This document shows, in pieces, positions 15,746 to 26,625 of a stretch of 64,000 nt of DNA. Position 1 is the stretch's first letter; every line of letters begins with the position of its first letter. Both the position numbers and the translations under genes were made by a program. Below the pieces are notes generated by a model. The model was given only the letters and a program-made list of their open reading frames with translations. It made no database searches and was not told the origin of the DNA. Origin of the DNA: Erythrobacter sp. (lineage in GTDB: Bacteria; Pseudomonadota; Alphaproteobacteria; Sphingomonadales; Sphingomonadaceae). The stretch lies in the NCBI GenBank assembly GCA_036353345.1, contig JAZBPE010000002.1, forward strand, positions 15,162 through 79,161, written 5' to 3'.

Positions 15746-17140
15746 TCACAGCTTGGGCGGACATTGCTGCCCCGGCGGGATCGTCGGGATCGGTGACAGG
15801 TCGGGTGCCGGCCCATCGGTCTGGTCCTGCTCGGGATCGACCAGACGTCCCATGAACAGGATCGCGCCGCTGCGGTTGTCGCGGAGCAGAAACATGAACG
15901 GATGGTCCGCGCGAAATACGAAAGGTGGCGGCGGGGGTGGGCCGCGGCGACCGCCGGTGATGACGATAGTGCCTATGACCACCGCAGTCGCCGCCGCTGC
16001 CTCTGAACCTTTCTCGTCGACGTCGATATTGGCTTGATGGATGATGTTGGTGATCGTCAGCCCGCAAACAGGCTGGCCGCCAATTATCCGGGTCGGCATT
16101 CCGTCCTCGGTGAGCGGAAATCGCGCCATGCGGTTGAAGTTCGCCTGTTTCGAAAACGGGAGCGGTGCGCCCATCGCCTCGATCACATTCTTCAGACCGG
16201 CATTCCAGTCGAGTCCCATCTTCGGCAGGGTCAGCACCGTATCGCCCGGCTCCGCCTCGTCGAGGGCGGACAGCCAGCTTTCGAGCCGACGCGGCGAAAG
16301 GCTCCGTTCAAGTTTGCCCAACCCGTCCGGATCGTCCGGCAGGATCGCGACCATGCTGACTTCCTCGCCCGCATAAGGAAGATCGATCAGCTTGACCGAG
16401 CCGCGTTCGATGGCCCGGAAATAGCCGCGCTGGTTCATCAGCTCGGTCATGATCTCGCGCCCGTCGGAAAGGAAGAACGGCTCTTCCCTGGTCGCTTCTG
16501 CGGCGAAGGGTTTCAGCCAGTCCGCTTTCCAGAAAATCGCGTTGACCAGCACAGCGGCGGTTTTCTTTCGGATCACGCCTTCGGGGATCAGCCCTTCGAT
16601 TCGGTCGGCGGTCCGGCCCGCCACCCAGGCGTTGATCTCTTCGCGCGCCGCTTCCGGATCGGCGGTGAAGTCGACCTGGTCGAAGACGCCCGACGCCGCG
16701 CTTTCCAGGTCGGCGACATATTCGGGCACAAGCGCCAGATCGTCATGCACCCAGAAGGCATTCGCACTGCGCAGTTCGCGGCCCTCACCCGAAATGCTCA
16801 TCGACCGGTCGAGCCTTCCGGCACCGCGCAGATACGCTTCCGGCCCCGCAGGAAAGCGCATGACCTCGCGCAATTGCCCGGCAGTCTGGCCGTCCGCGCC
16901 GCGATAGGCGTAGCCCATGGCAAGCGAGATGCTGGCGGGCGAGAAGAACAGGTTGTCGCGCTCGGCGGCGACTTTCCGATAGAGGTCGAGCGCAAAGGCA
17001 TTGGAACCGCGCGCCACGTCTTCGATAGTGGGCTCTTCGGCCAAGGTAGCAGCGCCTCGCCCGTCATGCGTTGCACAACTCGCCAGCACAGACGCGGCGG
17101 CGATAAGACTAAAGGCGCTGGTACCGGGACGAAGGATCAT
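15746..17140 (-). CDS. serpin-family serine protease inhibitor, predicted lipoprotein (464 aa)
   Basis: FRADHPFMFLL matches the serpin signature pattern exactly. The hinge EKGSEAAAATAV is of the inhibitory type. Start corrected to MILRPGTSAFSLIAAASVLASC (ATG 17140, GAGGGAAG RBS, lipobox LASC). Confidence 0.85.
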   Translation of the reverse strand: MILRPGTSAFSLIAAASVLASCATHDGRGAATLAEEPTIEDVARGSNAFALDLYRKVAAERDNLFFSPASISLAMGYAYRGADGQTAGQLREVMRFPAGPEAYLRGAGRLDRSMSISGEGRELRSANAFWVHDDLALVPEYVADLESAASGVFDQVDFTADPEAAREEINAWVAGRTADRIEGLIPEGVIRKKTAAVLVNAIFWKADWLKPFAAEATREEPFFLSDGREIMTELMNQRGYFRAIERGSVKLIDLPYAGEEVSMVAILPDDPDGLGKLERSLSPRRLESWLSALDEAEPGDTVLTLPKMGLDWNAGLKNVIEAMGAPLPFSKQANFNRMARFPLTEDGMPTRIIGGQPVCGLTITNIIHQANIDVDEKGSEAAAATAVVIGTIVITGGRRGPPPPPPFVFRADHPFMFLLRDNRSGAILFMGRLVDPEQDQTDGPAPDLSPIPTIPPGQQCPPKL

Positions 17141-17361
17141 GATTGTACTTCCCTCAGCGATGTGTCTGTTCCCACTCTGACGGTAAGACACCAGCAGGCC
17201 ATTGCACAAGGCTGCGCTACAAGCGGCGTCGCCCTTAAGACGCTCAGCCATTCGCCTTGGCGCGCCATAGTCCGGCGCGACGAGATATCGCTTCACCCCG
17301 ATTGGAATTGTCCGTATCGAGGTCGGCTCGCGATCTCGCGCGGGCGTGAGGCGAGCGATCG

Positions 17362-18780
17362 GTGGCGAGCGACGACTTCCTGAAGACGCCCTCCTGGCGG
17401 GAGGAACTGGGCGCGACCTTTCGGCTCGCCACGCCGCTGGCGCTTGCCAACCTGCTGCAAATGCTGACCTATGCCATCGACGTAATCTTCATTGCGCGGC
17501 TCAGCGAAGATTCGCTTGCAGCCTCGACGCTGGCGGTAAGCGTATTTGGCATGGTGCTTTGGGCACTTACCGCGCTGACGGGTGCCGTCGCCCCGCTGAT
17601 CGCCGAGGCCATCGGTGCGCGCGCCCGCACCCCGCGCCCGGTCCGGCGCGCAGTGCGCATGGCGCTGTGGCTGGCGGTGCTCACCGGGATTGTCGGAATG
17701 GGACTGTGCCTGCTGCTGGTGCCCATCATGCGCCTGACCGCGCAGCCGCCCGCGCTCATACCGTTGGCGGAGGAGTACAATACGATCATCATCCTCTCGA
17801 TGGTGCCGATGCTGCTGGCGGGCGTTTTGCGCAATTTCGTCTCCGCGCTCGGGCGTCCGATCTTCGCGACCATCATAACCGCGCTCGGCATCGGAGTGAA
17901 CGCGCTGGCGAACTACGCCTTCATCTTCGGCAATCTGGGTGCGCCCGAACTCGGTCTAGCCGGAGCGGCAATCGCGACCAACATCACCGCGCTGGCAACG
18001 CTTGCAGCCTATGTGGTGGCGATCTACGCGGATCCGGCCATGGCGCGCTATCGTGTCTTCTACCGACTGTGGCGCGCGGACTGGGTGCGCTTTCGCCAGA
18101 TCGCCAGGCTCGGGACGCCGATTGCGCTGACTGTGACAGCGGAGGCGGGCATCTTCGCCACGGCACCGTTTCTGATGGGACAGTTCGGTGCGGCGCAGGT
18201 CGCCGGTCACGCAATTGCGCTTCAGCTTGCCGCGCTGGCGTTCCAGGTTCCGTTCGGCGTGGGCCAGGCGGTGACAATCAGGGTTGGCTACTTCTTCGGA
18301 GCCCGCGATCCGGTCGGTGTGCACCGCGCGGGCTGGACCGCGCTCGCGCTGAGCACCGCTTTCATGAGCCTGACGGCAGGCGCGATGGTGCTCGCGCCTG
18401 AGAAGTTGGTTTCGATCTATGTGGACCCGGACATACCCGCCAACGCGGCGCTCGTGCGCTTTGCGCTCAGCTATCTAGTGCTGGCCGCGATGTTCCAGCT
18501 GGTCGATGGAGTGCAAGCCGTGGCGGCGGGCGCGCTGCGCGGACTTCAGGACACGCGCGTACCGATGTGGATCGCGATCTTCAGCTACTGGGTGCCCGGT
18601 ATCGGTACCGCGCTTGCGCTGGGCTTTCTCACCCCGCTCGAAGGGGTAGGAGTGTGGATCGGCCTTGCGACCGGGCTCGCCTTTGCCGCAGTGCTGTTGC
18701 TGCGGCGTTGGATGATCCGCGAGCAGCTGGGGCTCACCCGCCACCGTCTCGGGGACGACGCTCCCGTCATTCCGCTGTAA
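17362..18780 (+). CDS. MATE family efflux transporter
   Basis: 472 aa, about 12 TM segments. The N-terminal W..E....LA.P..L.NLLQ pattern and overall repeat organisation are typical of NorM/DinF-like MATE proteins. GTG start. Confidence 0.85.
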   Translation: MASDDFLKTPSWREELGATFRLATPLALANLLQMLTYAIDVIFIARLSEDSLAASTLAVSVFGMVLWALTALTGAVAPLIAEAIGARARTPRPVRRAVRMALWLAVLTGIVGMGLCLLLVPIMRLTAQPPALIPLAEEYNTIIILSMVPMLLAGVLRNFVSALGRPIFATIITALGIGVNALANYAFIFGNLGAPELGLAGAAIATNITALATLAAYVVAIYADPAMARYRVFYRLWRADWVRFRQIARLGTPIALTVTAEAGIFATAPFLMGQFGAAQVAGHAIALQLAALAFQVPFGVGQAVTIRVGYFFGARDPVGVHRAGWTALALSTAFMSLTAGAMVLAPEKLVSIYVDPDIPANAALVRFALSYLVLAAMFQLVDGVQAVAAGALRGLQDTRVPMWIAIFSYWVPGIGTALALGFLTPLEGVGVWIGLATGLAFAAVLLLRRWMIREQLGLTRHRLGDDAPVIPL

Positions 18781-19618
18781 ACATTGGGCTTCCCACTAGG
18801 TTGATGTCGCGCTGCGGGAACGGGATCGACAGTCCAACCTTGTCGAAGCGCGCTTTGGCCGCTTCGGTCAGCGCCCAGGAAAGGGCGAGATAGTCTGCCG
18901 GGATGCACCAGACGCGCAGGCCCACACCCACCGAACTGTCATCGAGCGAAGCGACGAAGGCAACGGGCGCGGGATCGGCGAGCACGCGTGGATCCTCGGT
19001 CGCAACGCCAAGCAACGCCTCGCGCGCTTCGGCCATGCTGTCGTCGTAGGCAATGCCGACGATTAACTCGAACCGGCGGATGGGATGGCGGTGGTAATTG
19101 ATGATCGGTTGGTTCCAGAGCTCGGCATTGGGGATCATCACGAACAGGCCGTCGAATTGCTTGAGCTCGGTCGTGAACAAGCCGATGTTCTGAACCACGG
19201 CCGTGATGTCGCCAGCCGTAATCGCCTCGCCCACCTTGAAAGGTTTTTGCACCAGGATCATCACGCCCGCAGCGACATTGCTAAGCGTGCCCTGCAACGC
19301 CAGCCCGATCGCCAGCGCCGTCCCGCCAAGCGCCGCGATTATACTCGTGGTCTCGACCCCGAACTGGGTGAGCACCGTCACGAGGATCACCGCCCACAGC
19401 GCGTATCTGACGATATTGGAGAGAAACAGCGCGACCGTCGGTTCAAACCGATCGGACTTGAGCAGGGCTCTTGAGACGGCGCGCGAAACGAAGCTGGCGA
19501 TCATCAGGCCTACAACCAGAACTGCGATGCCGCCCAGGATTGCCATCAGGTTCGCCTTGAACCAGACGAAGATCGTCTCCGGGATGGTAAGTGCGGCAAG
19601 GTCGGTTTCAAAGTTCAT
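18767..19618 (-). CDS. small-conductance mechanosensitive channel (MscS family)
   Basis: 283 aa with 3 N-terminal TM segments, then the MscS beta-domain block KVGEAITAGDITAVVQNIGLFTTELKQFDGLFVMIPNAELWNQPIINY. It overlaps the MATE gene 3' end convergently by 14 nt. Confidence 0.85.
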   Translation of the reverse strand: MNFETDLAALTIPETIFVWFKANLMAILGGIAVLVVGLMIASFVSRAVSRALLKSDRFEPTVALFLSNIVRYALWAVILVTVLTQFGVETTSIIAALGGTALAIGLALQGTLSNVAAGVMILVQKPFKVGEAITAGDITAVVQNIGLFTTELKQFDGLFVMIPNAELWNQPIINYHRHPIRRFELIVGIAYDDSMAEAREALLGVATEDPRVLADPAPVAFVASLDDSSVGVGLRVWCIPADYLALSWALTEAAKARFDKVGLSIPFPQRDINLVGSPMFTAE

Positions 19619-19735
19619 GGCGACGCGACAGTCTTGGTTCCGGCGGTTTGCGGGCGCGCGATAGCCGTTTGCACCGATGCTGGCCAGCGACGCTCGAGCC
19701 GCGAGTGCCCGGATGCAATTTTTTCCTGAACGCTG

Positions 19736-19763
19736 GTTGACTCAGGCAAGGGCCACAACCAAA
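19736..19763 (+). promoter_or_regulatory. candidate groESL promoter
   Basis: TTGACT-N16-CCAAAT lies immediately upstream of CIRCE. Assigned by position and similarity only. Confidence 0.35.
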
Positions 19764-19773
19764 TGCGCCTGCA

Positions 19774-19800
19774 TTGGCACTCACTACGATCGAGTGCCAA
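19774..19800 (+). promoter_or_regulatory. CIRCE operator (HrcA binding site)
   Basis: TTGGCACTC-N9-GAGTGCCAA is a perfect inverted repeat matching the CIRCE consensus TTAGCACTC-N9-GAGTGCTAA, 36 nt upstream of groES. Confidence 0.85.
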
Positions 19801-19835
19801 GCCCCTGCAACTCTTTCATGGAAAGGTCATACATT

Positions 19836-20123
19836 ATGGCATTTCGTCCGCTGCACGACCGCGTTGTCGTCCGCCGCATCGAAGCCGACCAGAAGACCTC
19901 TGGCGGTATCATCATCCCCGACTCCGCGCAGGAAAAGCCCAGCGAAGGCGAGATCGTCGCCGTTGGCGAAGGCGCGCGCGACGATGACGGCGAGCGCATC
20001 GCCCTAGACGTGAAGGCCGGTGACCGGGTGCTGTTTGGCAAATGGTCCGGCACCGAAGTCAAGATCGACGGGGAAGACCTCCTCATCATGAAGGAAAGCG
20101 ACATCATGGGGATCATTTCCTGA
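19836..20123 (+). CDS. groES: co-chaperonin GroES
   Basis: Start corrected to [35 protein letters not shown]. 95 aa. Confidence 0.97.
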   Translation: MAFRPLHDRVVVRRIEADQKTSGGIIIPDSAQEKPSEGEIVAVGEGARDDDGERIALDVKAGDRVLFGKWSGTEVKIDGEDLLIMKESDIMGIIS

Positions 20124-21827
<1,704 letters not shown>

Positions 21828-21858
21828 GTCCGACCGCTCTGCCAACATTCTCGAAGAA

Positions 21859-21891
21859 GGCCCCGGGGGAGCGATCCTCCGGGGCTTTTTT
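21859..21891 (+). terminator. intrinsic terminator after groEL
   Basis: GGCCCCGG-gggagcgatcct-CCGGGGC followed by TTTTTT. Confidence 0.8.
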
Positions 21892-21954
21892 CATTCTAAC
21901 TCGCGCAACAATCCCAGCGACTGCGCGTTGGCTCAATCAAAGGAGAAAAATCCC

Positions 21955-22365
21955 ATGAAACTGCCGCAAAATGCTCACGTCGCCGTCGTCGACGGTGAAA
22001 CCTTCCTCCTCTTTCGTAACGAAGGCGCGCTGTTCGAGCCCAAGCTGAAGAAGGAAGACAGCCCGAAGCTGGACGTCACCAATTTCAGCGCTGCGGTGCG
22101 CAAGCAGGATGATGTCGGGCAGAACCTGGGCCGCACCGATCTCGATGAACTGGGTCATGCCGCGGCCGCGACCGAATGGCTGAATGCGCGCGCTGTCGCA
22201 AACGATCTGCACGATGTTCTGATCATCGCTGATCCCAAGTCGCTGGGCGAAATGCGCCGGCACTATCACTCGGAACTGGAAAAGCGGGTGGTGGGTGAAA
22301 TCGACAAGACGCTGACCGGCCAGCCGGTGGACAAGATCGAACAGGCGATCGTCGCCGCTGAATAA
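21955..22365 (+). CDS. host-attachment-protein family (Host_attach/baeRF-like) protein (136 aa)
   Basis: Start corrected to MKLPQNAHVAVVDGETFLLFRNEG (AAAGGAG RBS). This N-terminal pattern and the later LIIADPKSLGEMR block recall the Host_attach family. Called from memory. Confidence 0.65.
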   Translation: MKLPQNAHVAVVDGETFLLFRNEGALFEPKLKKEDSPKLDVTNFSAAVRKQDDVGQNLGRTDLDELGHAAAATEWLNARAVANDLHDVLIIADPKSLGEMRRHYHSELEKRVVGEIDKTLTGQPVDKIEQAIVAAE

Positions 22366-22441
22366 AGGTCGCCAGCCGACCGGGAAGGACCCGGCATCGC
22401 CTGCTGCGATCCCGGGTTCTTGCCTCCCGCTTGACTGACAA

Positions 22442-24736
22442 TCAGCCGCCCGAGCGGTTTTGCTCCACCGCTTTGACGACCGCATCGTCCCACGTTACCC
22501 GAGTTTGAGTCTGCGGGTTGAAGCGTTGGTCCGCATAGCTCGCCGCTTCCGCCGCCGCGATTTCTGCTGAACTCAGATGCTCGCTGGGTTCCAGCGCGAA
22601 GACATCGAGCCCGCGCGTGATCTCGGTTGCGTAGATCCGGCCGTTATACCAGTAGGACGACCAGTATCCGCCTACGACGAGTTGCTCGTCATCGATGGCT
22701 CCCCGATCGAAATAGGCGATCTCGACCGGGTTGGCGCTATCGGTGAAATCCATCACACTGATGCCGCCCTGATACCAGCTCTGCACGAAGATATCGCGGC
22801 CCGGTACCGGGATGATCGACCCGTTATGCGCGACACAATTTTCAAATTCGCTTTGGGGGCCCGGCATCTTGTAGTGGCTGCGAAACTCCAGCTTGCCATC
22901 GACGATGTCGTAGATCGCATTGGCGCCCCACGTCATGGGGTCAGAAGCCTTGCAGCGCGGTCGCCCGCCCCCACCCCATTCGTCAGTGAAGATGACTTTC
23001 GTCCCGTCATTGTTGAACGTCGCTGAGTGCCAGTAAGCGAACCCCTTGTCGAACACGGCATCGGTGCGCACCGGGTTGTAAGGGTCGGAAATATCCATAA
23101 TGATCCCGTTACCCGAACATGCTCCTGCTGCGAGGTCCAGCGCGGGAAAGACCGTGATATCATGGCACTGGTTGGTCTGGCGAGTATCCTGCGCGCCGTC
23201 CTCGCTTTCGCCGCCCTGCCACAGCCCCGCGATCTCTCCGCTTTCAGCGTCGGCGAAGACGCGCGGACTGCTTACGATACGCGCGGCAGCAGGATTGGCG
23301 ACCGGGATCTCGATCACGTCGATGCTGAAGAGTGCGGTGCGGCTGTCGGCGGGATTTTCGATGCAGCGCGCAAGCTCCTCGGTATCGCGTACGCTGGACG
23401 TACCCGAATTGTAGACGAGGATACGCTCATCATTCGCATCGACGATGGAATGCGTGTGACTGCCCCGACAGGTCTGGACCTGGCCGACCTGGCGCACTGC
23501 GGTAAGGTCTGAGATGTCGAAGATGCGAAGGCCGCGGAACCGTTCCTCGGACACATCTTCCTCAACACCTTCGAGCCCGCAATCAACCCGGCCGCGGGTC
23601 TGCTCGACGCTCATGACGAGAAGGTCACCAATCACCGAAACGTCGCCCTGCCCGCCGGGGCATACGACCGACGAAAGGAGCGATGGCACGCCGTTCGCGC
23701 CGAGGCGATAGATGTTGAAGCCGTGATAATTGCCGGCCACCATGATGTCATCGAAGAACGCCATGTCGGTGTTGGCGAAATCGAGCAGCGGGGAGCGTTC
23801 GGCGAACTGGGACAGGCTTTCATCGCCGTCTTCGGGTTTCGAGACCTCTTCGTCGTTTTCGATGTTTTCTGTGTCCGCTTCGCCGTCCGCCGCATCTTCG
23901 TCCTCGTCTTCGTCTTCGGGAACGGGCGGACGCAGATCGGCAGGATTGTCCGGATCATAGAAGCCGGCGGGCTTGGGCAGGCTGACGACCTTGCGAAGAT
24001 TGCTGATCGCTTCTTCGGCATCGGCGAAGCCCGGGGCGAGACCGGCGCGCGGATCGACCGAAAGGCTGGCAAGGATGGTATCCATCCGCTCGATCTCGGT
24101 TGTCTGGTCGCTTTCGATATCGCTGACGAACTGGAACAGCACGGGATCGGCCGCGCTACCAGGCTGCTCGAGCAACTCTTCCACCATCTCCACCGCGCCT
24201 TCGTGATGCGCGATCATCAGTGTCAGGAACTGGCGGTCGAACTCCGTTCCCTGCACGGACGCGAGTGCGGTCATCTGTGCGGGTGTCGCCATCCCGGCCA
24301 TCAGCATATGGCCTTCATGGTCGGCGTGCTCACCCATACCAGAGCCGTGCATCATCGATGCCTCGAGCGGTTCGCCGCGAGCGCTGAGCCATTCGCGCAT
24401 GAAGGTGATCTCATCCTCCTGGCCGGCAATGATCTTTTCCGCGACCGCCAGCACGCCTTCCTGATTGGTTCGATCGGGCGCAAGCTGCGCCATGGCAAGC
24501 GCCTGGTCGTGATGAACGATCATATGCTGCATGAAGCGCACGTCGGCGCGGGTATAGCTGGCTTTTGCGAGCTGCGTCGCTTCATCAGCGCTAAGCGTGC
24601 GGCTCTGCTGGCCAGGCGCGCCGGGTTGCACGATCGGCGCGGACTGCGCCAGCGCGACGGTGGAACCAGTGAGAAGCAATGCGCCTGCAAGCGCCCGGGT
24701 ACCGAAAGCGGAAGTCTTTGTGACAGTCATTTCCAT
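22442..24736 (-). CDS. secreted DUF305 (ferritin-like) domain fused to an LVIVD-repeat beta-propeller (764 aa)
   Basis: Signal peptide ...TVALAQS. Two DUF305-type His pairs (FMQHMIVHHDQALAMA and FLTLMIAHHEGAVEMV). An acidic linker PEDEDEDEDAADGEAD. Repeated LVIVD-like blocks (GLRIFDISDLTAV, GIIMDISDPYNPV, GGISVMDFTDSANPV, RGLDVFALEPSE). Confidence 0.8.
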   Translation of the reverse strand: MEMTVTKTSAFGTRALAGALLLTGSTVALAQSAPIVQPGAPGQQSRTLSADEATQLAKASYTRADVRFMQHMIVHHDQALAMAQLAPDRTNQEGVLAVAEKIIAGQEDEITFMREWLSARGEPLEASMMHGSGMGEHADHEGHMLMAGMATPAQMTALASVQGTEFDRQFLTLMIAHHEGAVEMVEELLEQPGSAADPVLFQFVSDIESDQTTEIERMDTILASLSVDPRAGLAPGFADAEEAISNLRKVVSLPKPAGFYDPDNPADLRPPVPEDEDEDEDAADGEADTENIENDEEVSKPEDGDESLSQFAERSPLLDFANTDMAFFDDIMVAGNYHGFNIYRLGANGVPSLLSSVVCPGGQGDVSVIGDLLVMSVEQTRGRVDCGLEGVEEDVSEERFRGLRIFDISDLTAVRQVGQVQTCRGSHTHSIVDANDERILVYNSGTSSVRDTEELARCIENPADSRTALFSIDVIEIPVANPAAARIVSSPRVFADAESGEIAGLWQGGESEDGAQDTRQTNQCHDITVFPALDLAAGACSGNGIIMDISDPYNPVRTDAVFDKGFAYWHSATFNNDGTKVIFTDEWGGGGRPRCKASDPMTWGANAIYDIVDGKLEFRSHYKMPGPQSEFENCVAHNGSIIPVPGRDIFVQSWYQGGISVMDFTDSANPVEIAYFDRGAIDDEQLVVGGYWSSYWYNGRIYATEITRGLDVFALEPSEHLSSAEIAAAEAASYADQRFNPQTQTRVTWDDAVVKAVEQNRSGG

Positions 24737-24975
24737 CCCTGTAAGAAGCGTGTTCTGAATCGAGGCTTGCCGAACTGTCTGACCGCATTCGAACCGGCGT
24801 CAAGGGGCGAATTTCGCGCACCGGCGCGCGCGTCGGACCCTGCACCTCGGCTTTGGTCGTGGTTGAAGCACAGTCTGCCGCATGCGGCGAGGCGTTCGAT
24901 TGTCGCGGCGAATCGCAAAAGCCTATCGTGAATGGTTAAGACGATGCTCACGCTTCTGAAGGTAATACAACGCGC

Positions 24976-26019
24976 ATGAAGACAACGCGACGCACCCGCC
25001 TTTCCGCTTGGGTCACGGCTTTTCTAGCCGGGCTCATCGCTCTGACCTCGGCGCCGCTTGCCGCGCAGACCAACGATCTCCACGCACGGTTCGACAACGC
25101 GTTCGGCACCGAAATGCGCTCGCCCGAAACGTTCGAAGCGCTTTATCGCGAAGGGTTCGAACGTCGAATTGCCGAACTGGCGGATGGCAGCAAAGGGCGG
25201 ATCGGGGTAGCCGCGATCGATCTTGCGACCGGGCAGGAGATCATGGTGCTGGGCGATCAGTTGTTCCCGCTGGCCTCGACCAGCAAAATTGCAGTCGCGG
25301 CGACATATCTGGAGATGGTGGAGCAGGGCAAGTATTCGCTCACGTCCGAATTTCCGTTACTGCTCCCTATAAAAAGTGCCAGATTTTCCTCGCCCGCCGC
25401 GCCGGTGCGCAAGGGCAATTACATGCCGGCAATCGACCTGATAGAGATCATGATCACCCGATCCAGCAACCCGGCGACGGATGCGTTGCTGGCTGCGGTT
25501 GGTGGACCGGCAAAGGTGAATGACTGGATGAAGCGGCAAGGTATCGAGGACTTCTCGATCGATCGCGATATCGCGACGCTGGTGCGCGACGATGGCGAAT
25601 ACGATCCGGCAAACTGGATCGACACACGCGATGTCGCGAGCCCACGCGCAATCGTCCGTCTGCTCGAAGGGCTCTATCGCGGCGATTATCTTTCCCGCGA
25701 ACATCGCCGCGTGCTGCTGAGTGCGATGAGCCGGACAGTAACCGGACGGCGCCGTATCGTCGCCCATATGCCGGGCGAAGCGCGTGTCAGTCACAAGACC
25801 GGCTCCCTCAACAACACCTCGAGCGATGTCGGCATTATCGAATCGCCCGATGGCCGCGCTATTGCCGTCGCAATTTACGTGACAGGCCAGGGTTCGCGAG
25901 GGGCGCGTGAGGCCAAGATCGCTTCAATCGCTCGGGCGCTTTACGATGGTTTCAGCGCGGCAGCGCGGCAGAGCCCCAATCGGAACTGGACCAGCGCCCC
26001 CGCCGTCGACGGCTGGTAA
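24976..26019 (+). CDS. class A beta-lactamase-related serine hydrolase (secreted)
   Basis: Signal peptide present. S-x-x-K is present (ASTSK) and K-T-G is present (HKTGS). The SDN loop reads SSN. The omega-loop position aligned to R-x-E-x-x-L-N reads R-D-I-A-T-L-V, so Glu166 and Asn170 are absent. Confidence 0.8.
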   Translation: MKTTRRTRLSAWVTAFLAGLIALTSAPLAAQTNDLHARFDNAFGTEMRSPETFEALYREGFERRIAELADGSKGRIGVAAIDLATGQEIMVLGDQLFPLASTSKIAVAATYLEMVEQGKYSLTSEFPLLLPIKSARFSSPAAPVRKGNYMPAIDLIEIMITRSSNPATDALLAAVGGPAKVNDWMKRQGIEDFSIDRDIATLVRDDGEYDPANWIDTRDVASPRAIVRLLEGLYRGDYLSREHRRVLLSAMSRTVTGRRRIVAHMPGEARVSHKTGSLNNTSSDVGIIESPDGRAIAVAIYVTGQGSRGAREAKIASIARALYDGFSAAARQSPNRNWTSAPAVDGW

Positions 26020-26044
26020 GCGCCCGCACATCAAACTGCCCACG

Positions 26045-26085
26045 AAAAAAGGCGGCGCTCCTCACCGGAACGCCGCCTTTCGTTT
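26045..26085. terminator. bidirectional intrinsic terminator between convergent genes
   Basis: AAAAAAGGCGGCG-ctcctcaccggaa-CGCCGCCTTTCGTTT has an A-tract and a T-tract flanking a 7-bp GC stem. Confidence 0.7.
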
Positions 26086-26124
26086 GCTTGCTTTGCGCCG
26101 CGCCGGAGCGTGGCGCATAAAGAC

Positions 26125-26403
26125 TTAGTCTTCTTCCATTTCCGCTTCGGCGGCGGCGGCAGCTTCTTCGGCTTCCGCTTCGACGTTCTCGCCCATGGCT
26201 TCCATTTCGGAGCCGGCTTCGTTCATGCCCGCTTCCATGTCATCGCCCATGGCGTCCATTTCGGCGGTCGCGTCTTCGCTGATCGCTTCGGCGTCGGCAG
26301 CCATCGCATCATCGGTTTCGCTGACTTCCGTCGCGTCTTCGGCGCAAGCGGCCAGGCTCAGGGCAGAAACGCCGATAGCGGCGGCAAGAATGATCTTACG
26401 CAT
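26125..26403 (-). CDS. small highly acidic lipoprotein (92 aa)
   Basis: Start corrected to MRKIILAAAIGVSALSLAAC (ATG 26403, lipobox LAAC). The mature part is Asp/Glu/Ala/Met-rich (DAMAADAEAISEDATAEMDAMGDDMEAGMNEAGSEMEAMGENVEAEAEE). Confidence 0.6.
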   Translation of the reverse strand: MRKIILAAAIGVSALSLAACAEDATEVSETDDAMAADAEAISEDATAEMDAMGDDMEAGMNEAGSEMEAMGENVEAEAEEAAAAAEAEMEED

Positions 26404-26625
26404 GAATATCAGTTCCTTGTATAACCAAAAAGGTGGCGTCGCGGCGGTATGATCCAAGGCCGCTTTGCCAAAGCCAGCGAATAAGTTGCCAGCTCCGCAA
26501 CCAGAGATAATGGCAGGAATGTGGCAACGCAAGAGCCTTTGCCTCAATTTGGCCTTATTGAAGGGTGGCATGCCTTATACCAATCCCGCTAGAGCCTTGC
26601 CCTGCACAATGCTAGCAGGCGCCCC

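Noticed and set aside
24781-24800. ATTCGAACC sequence resembling the complement of a tRNA T-loop
   Set aside because: The flanking bases cannot form a T-stem and no acceptor or anticodon arms can be drawn. I found no tRNA genes in any intergenic spacer.
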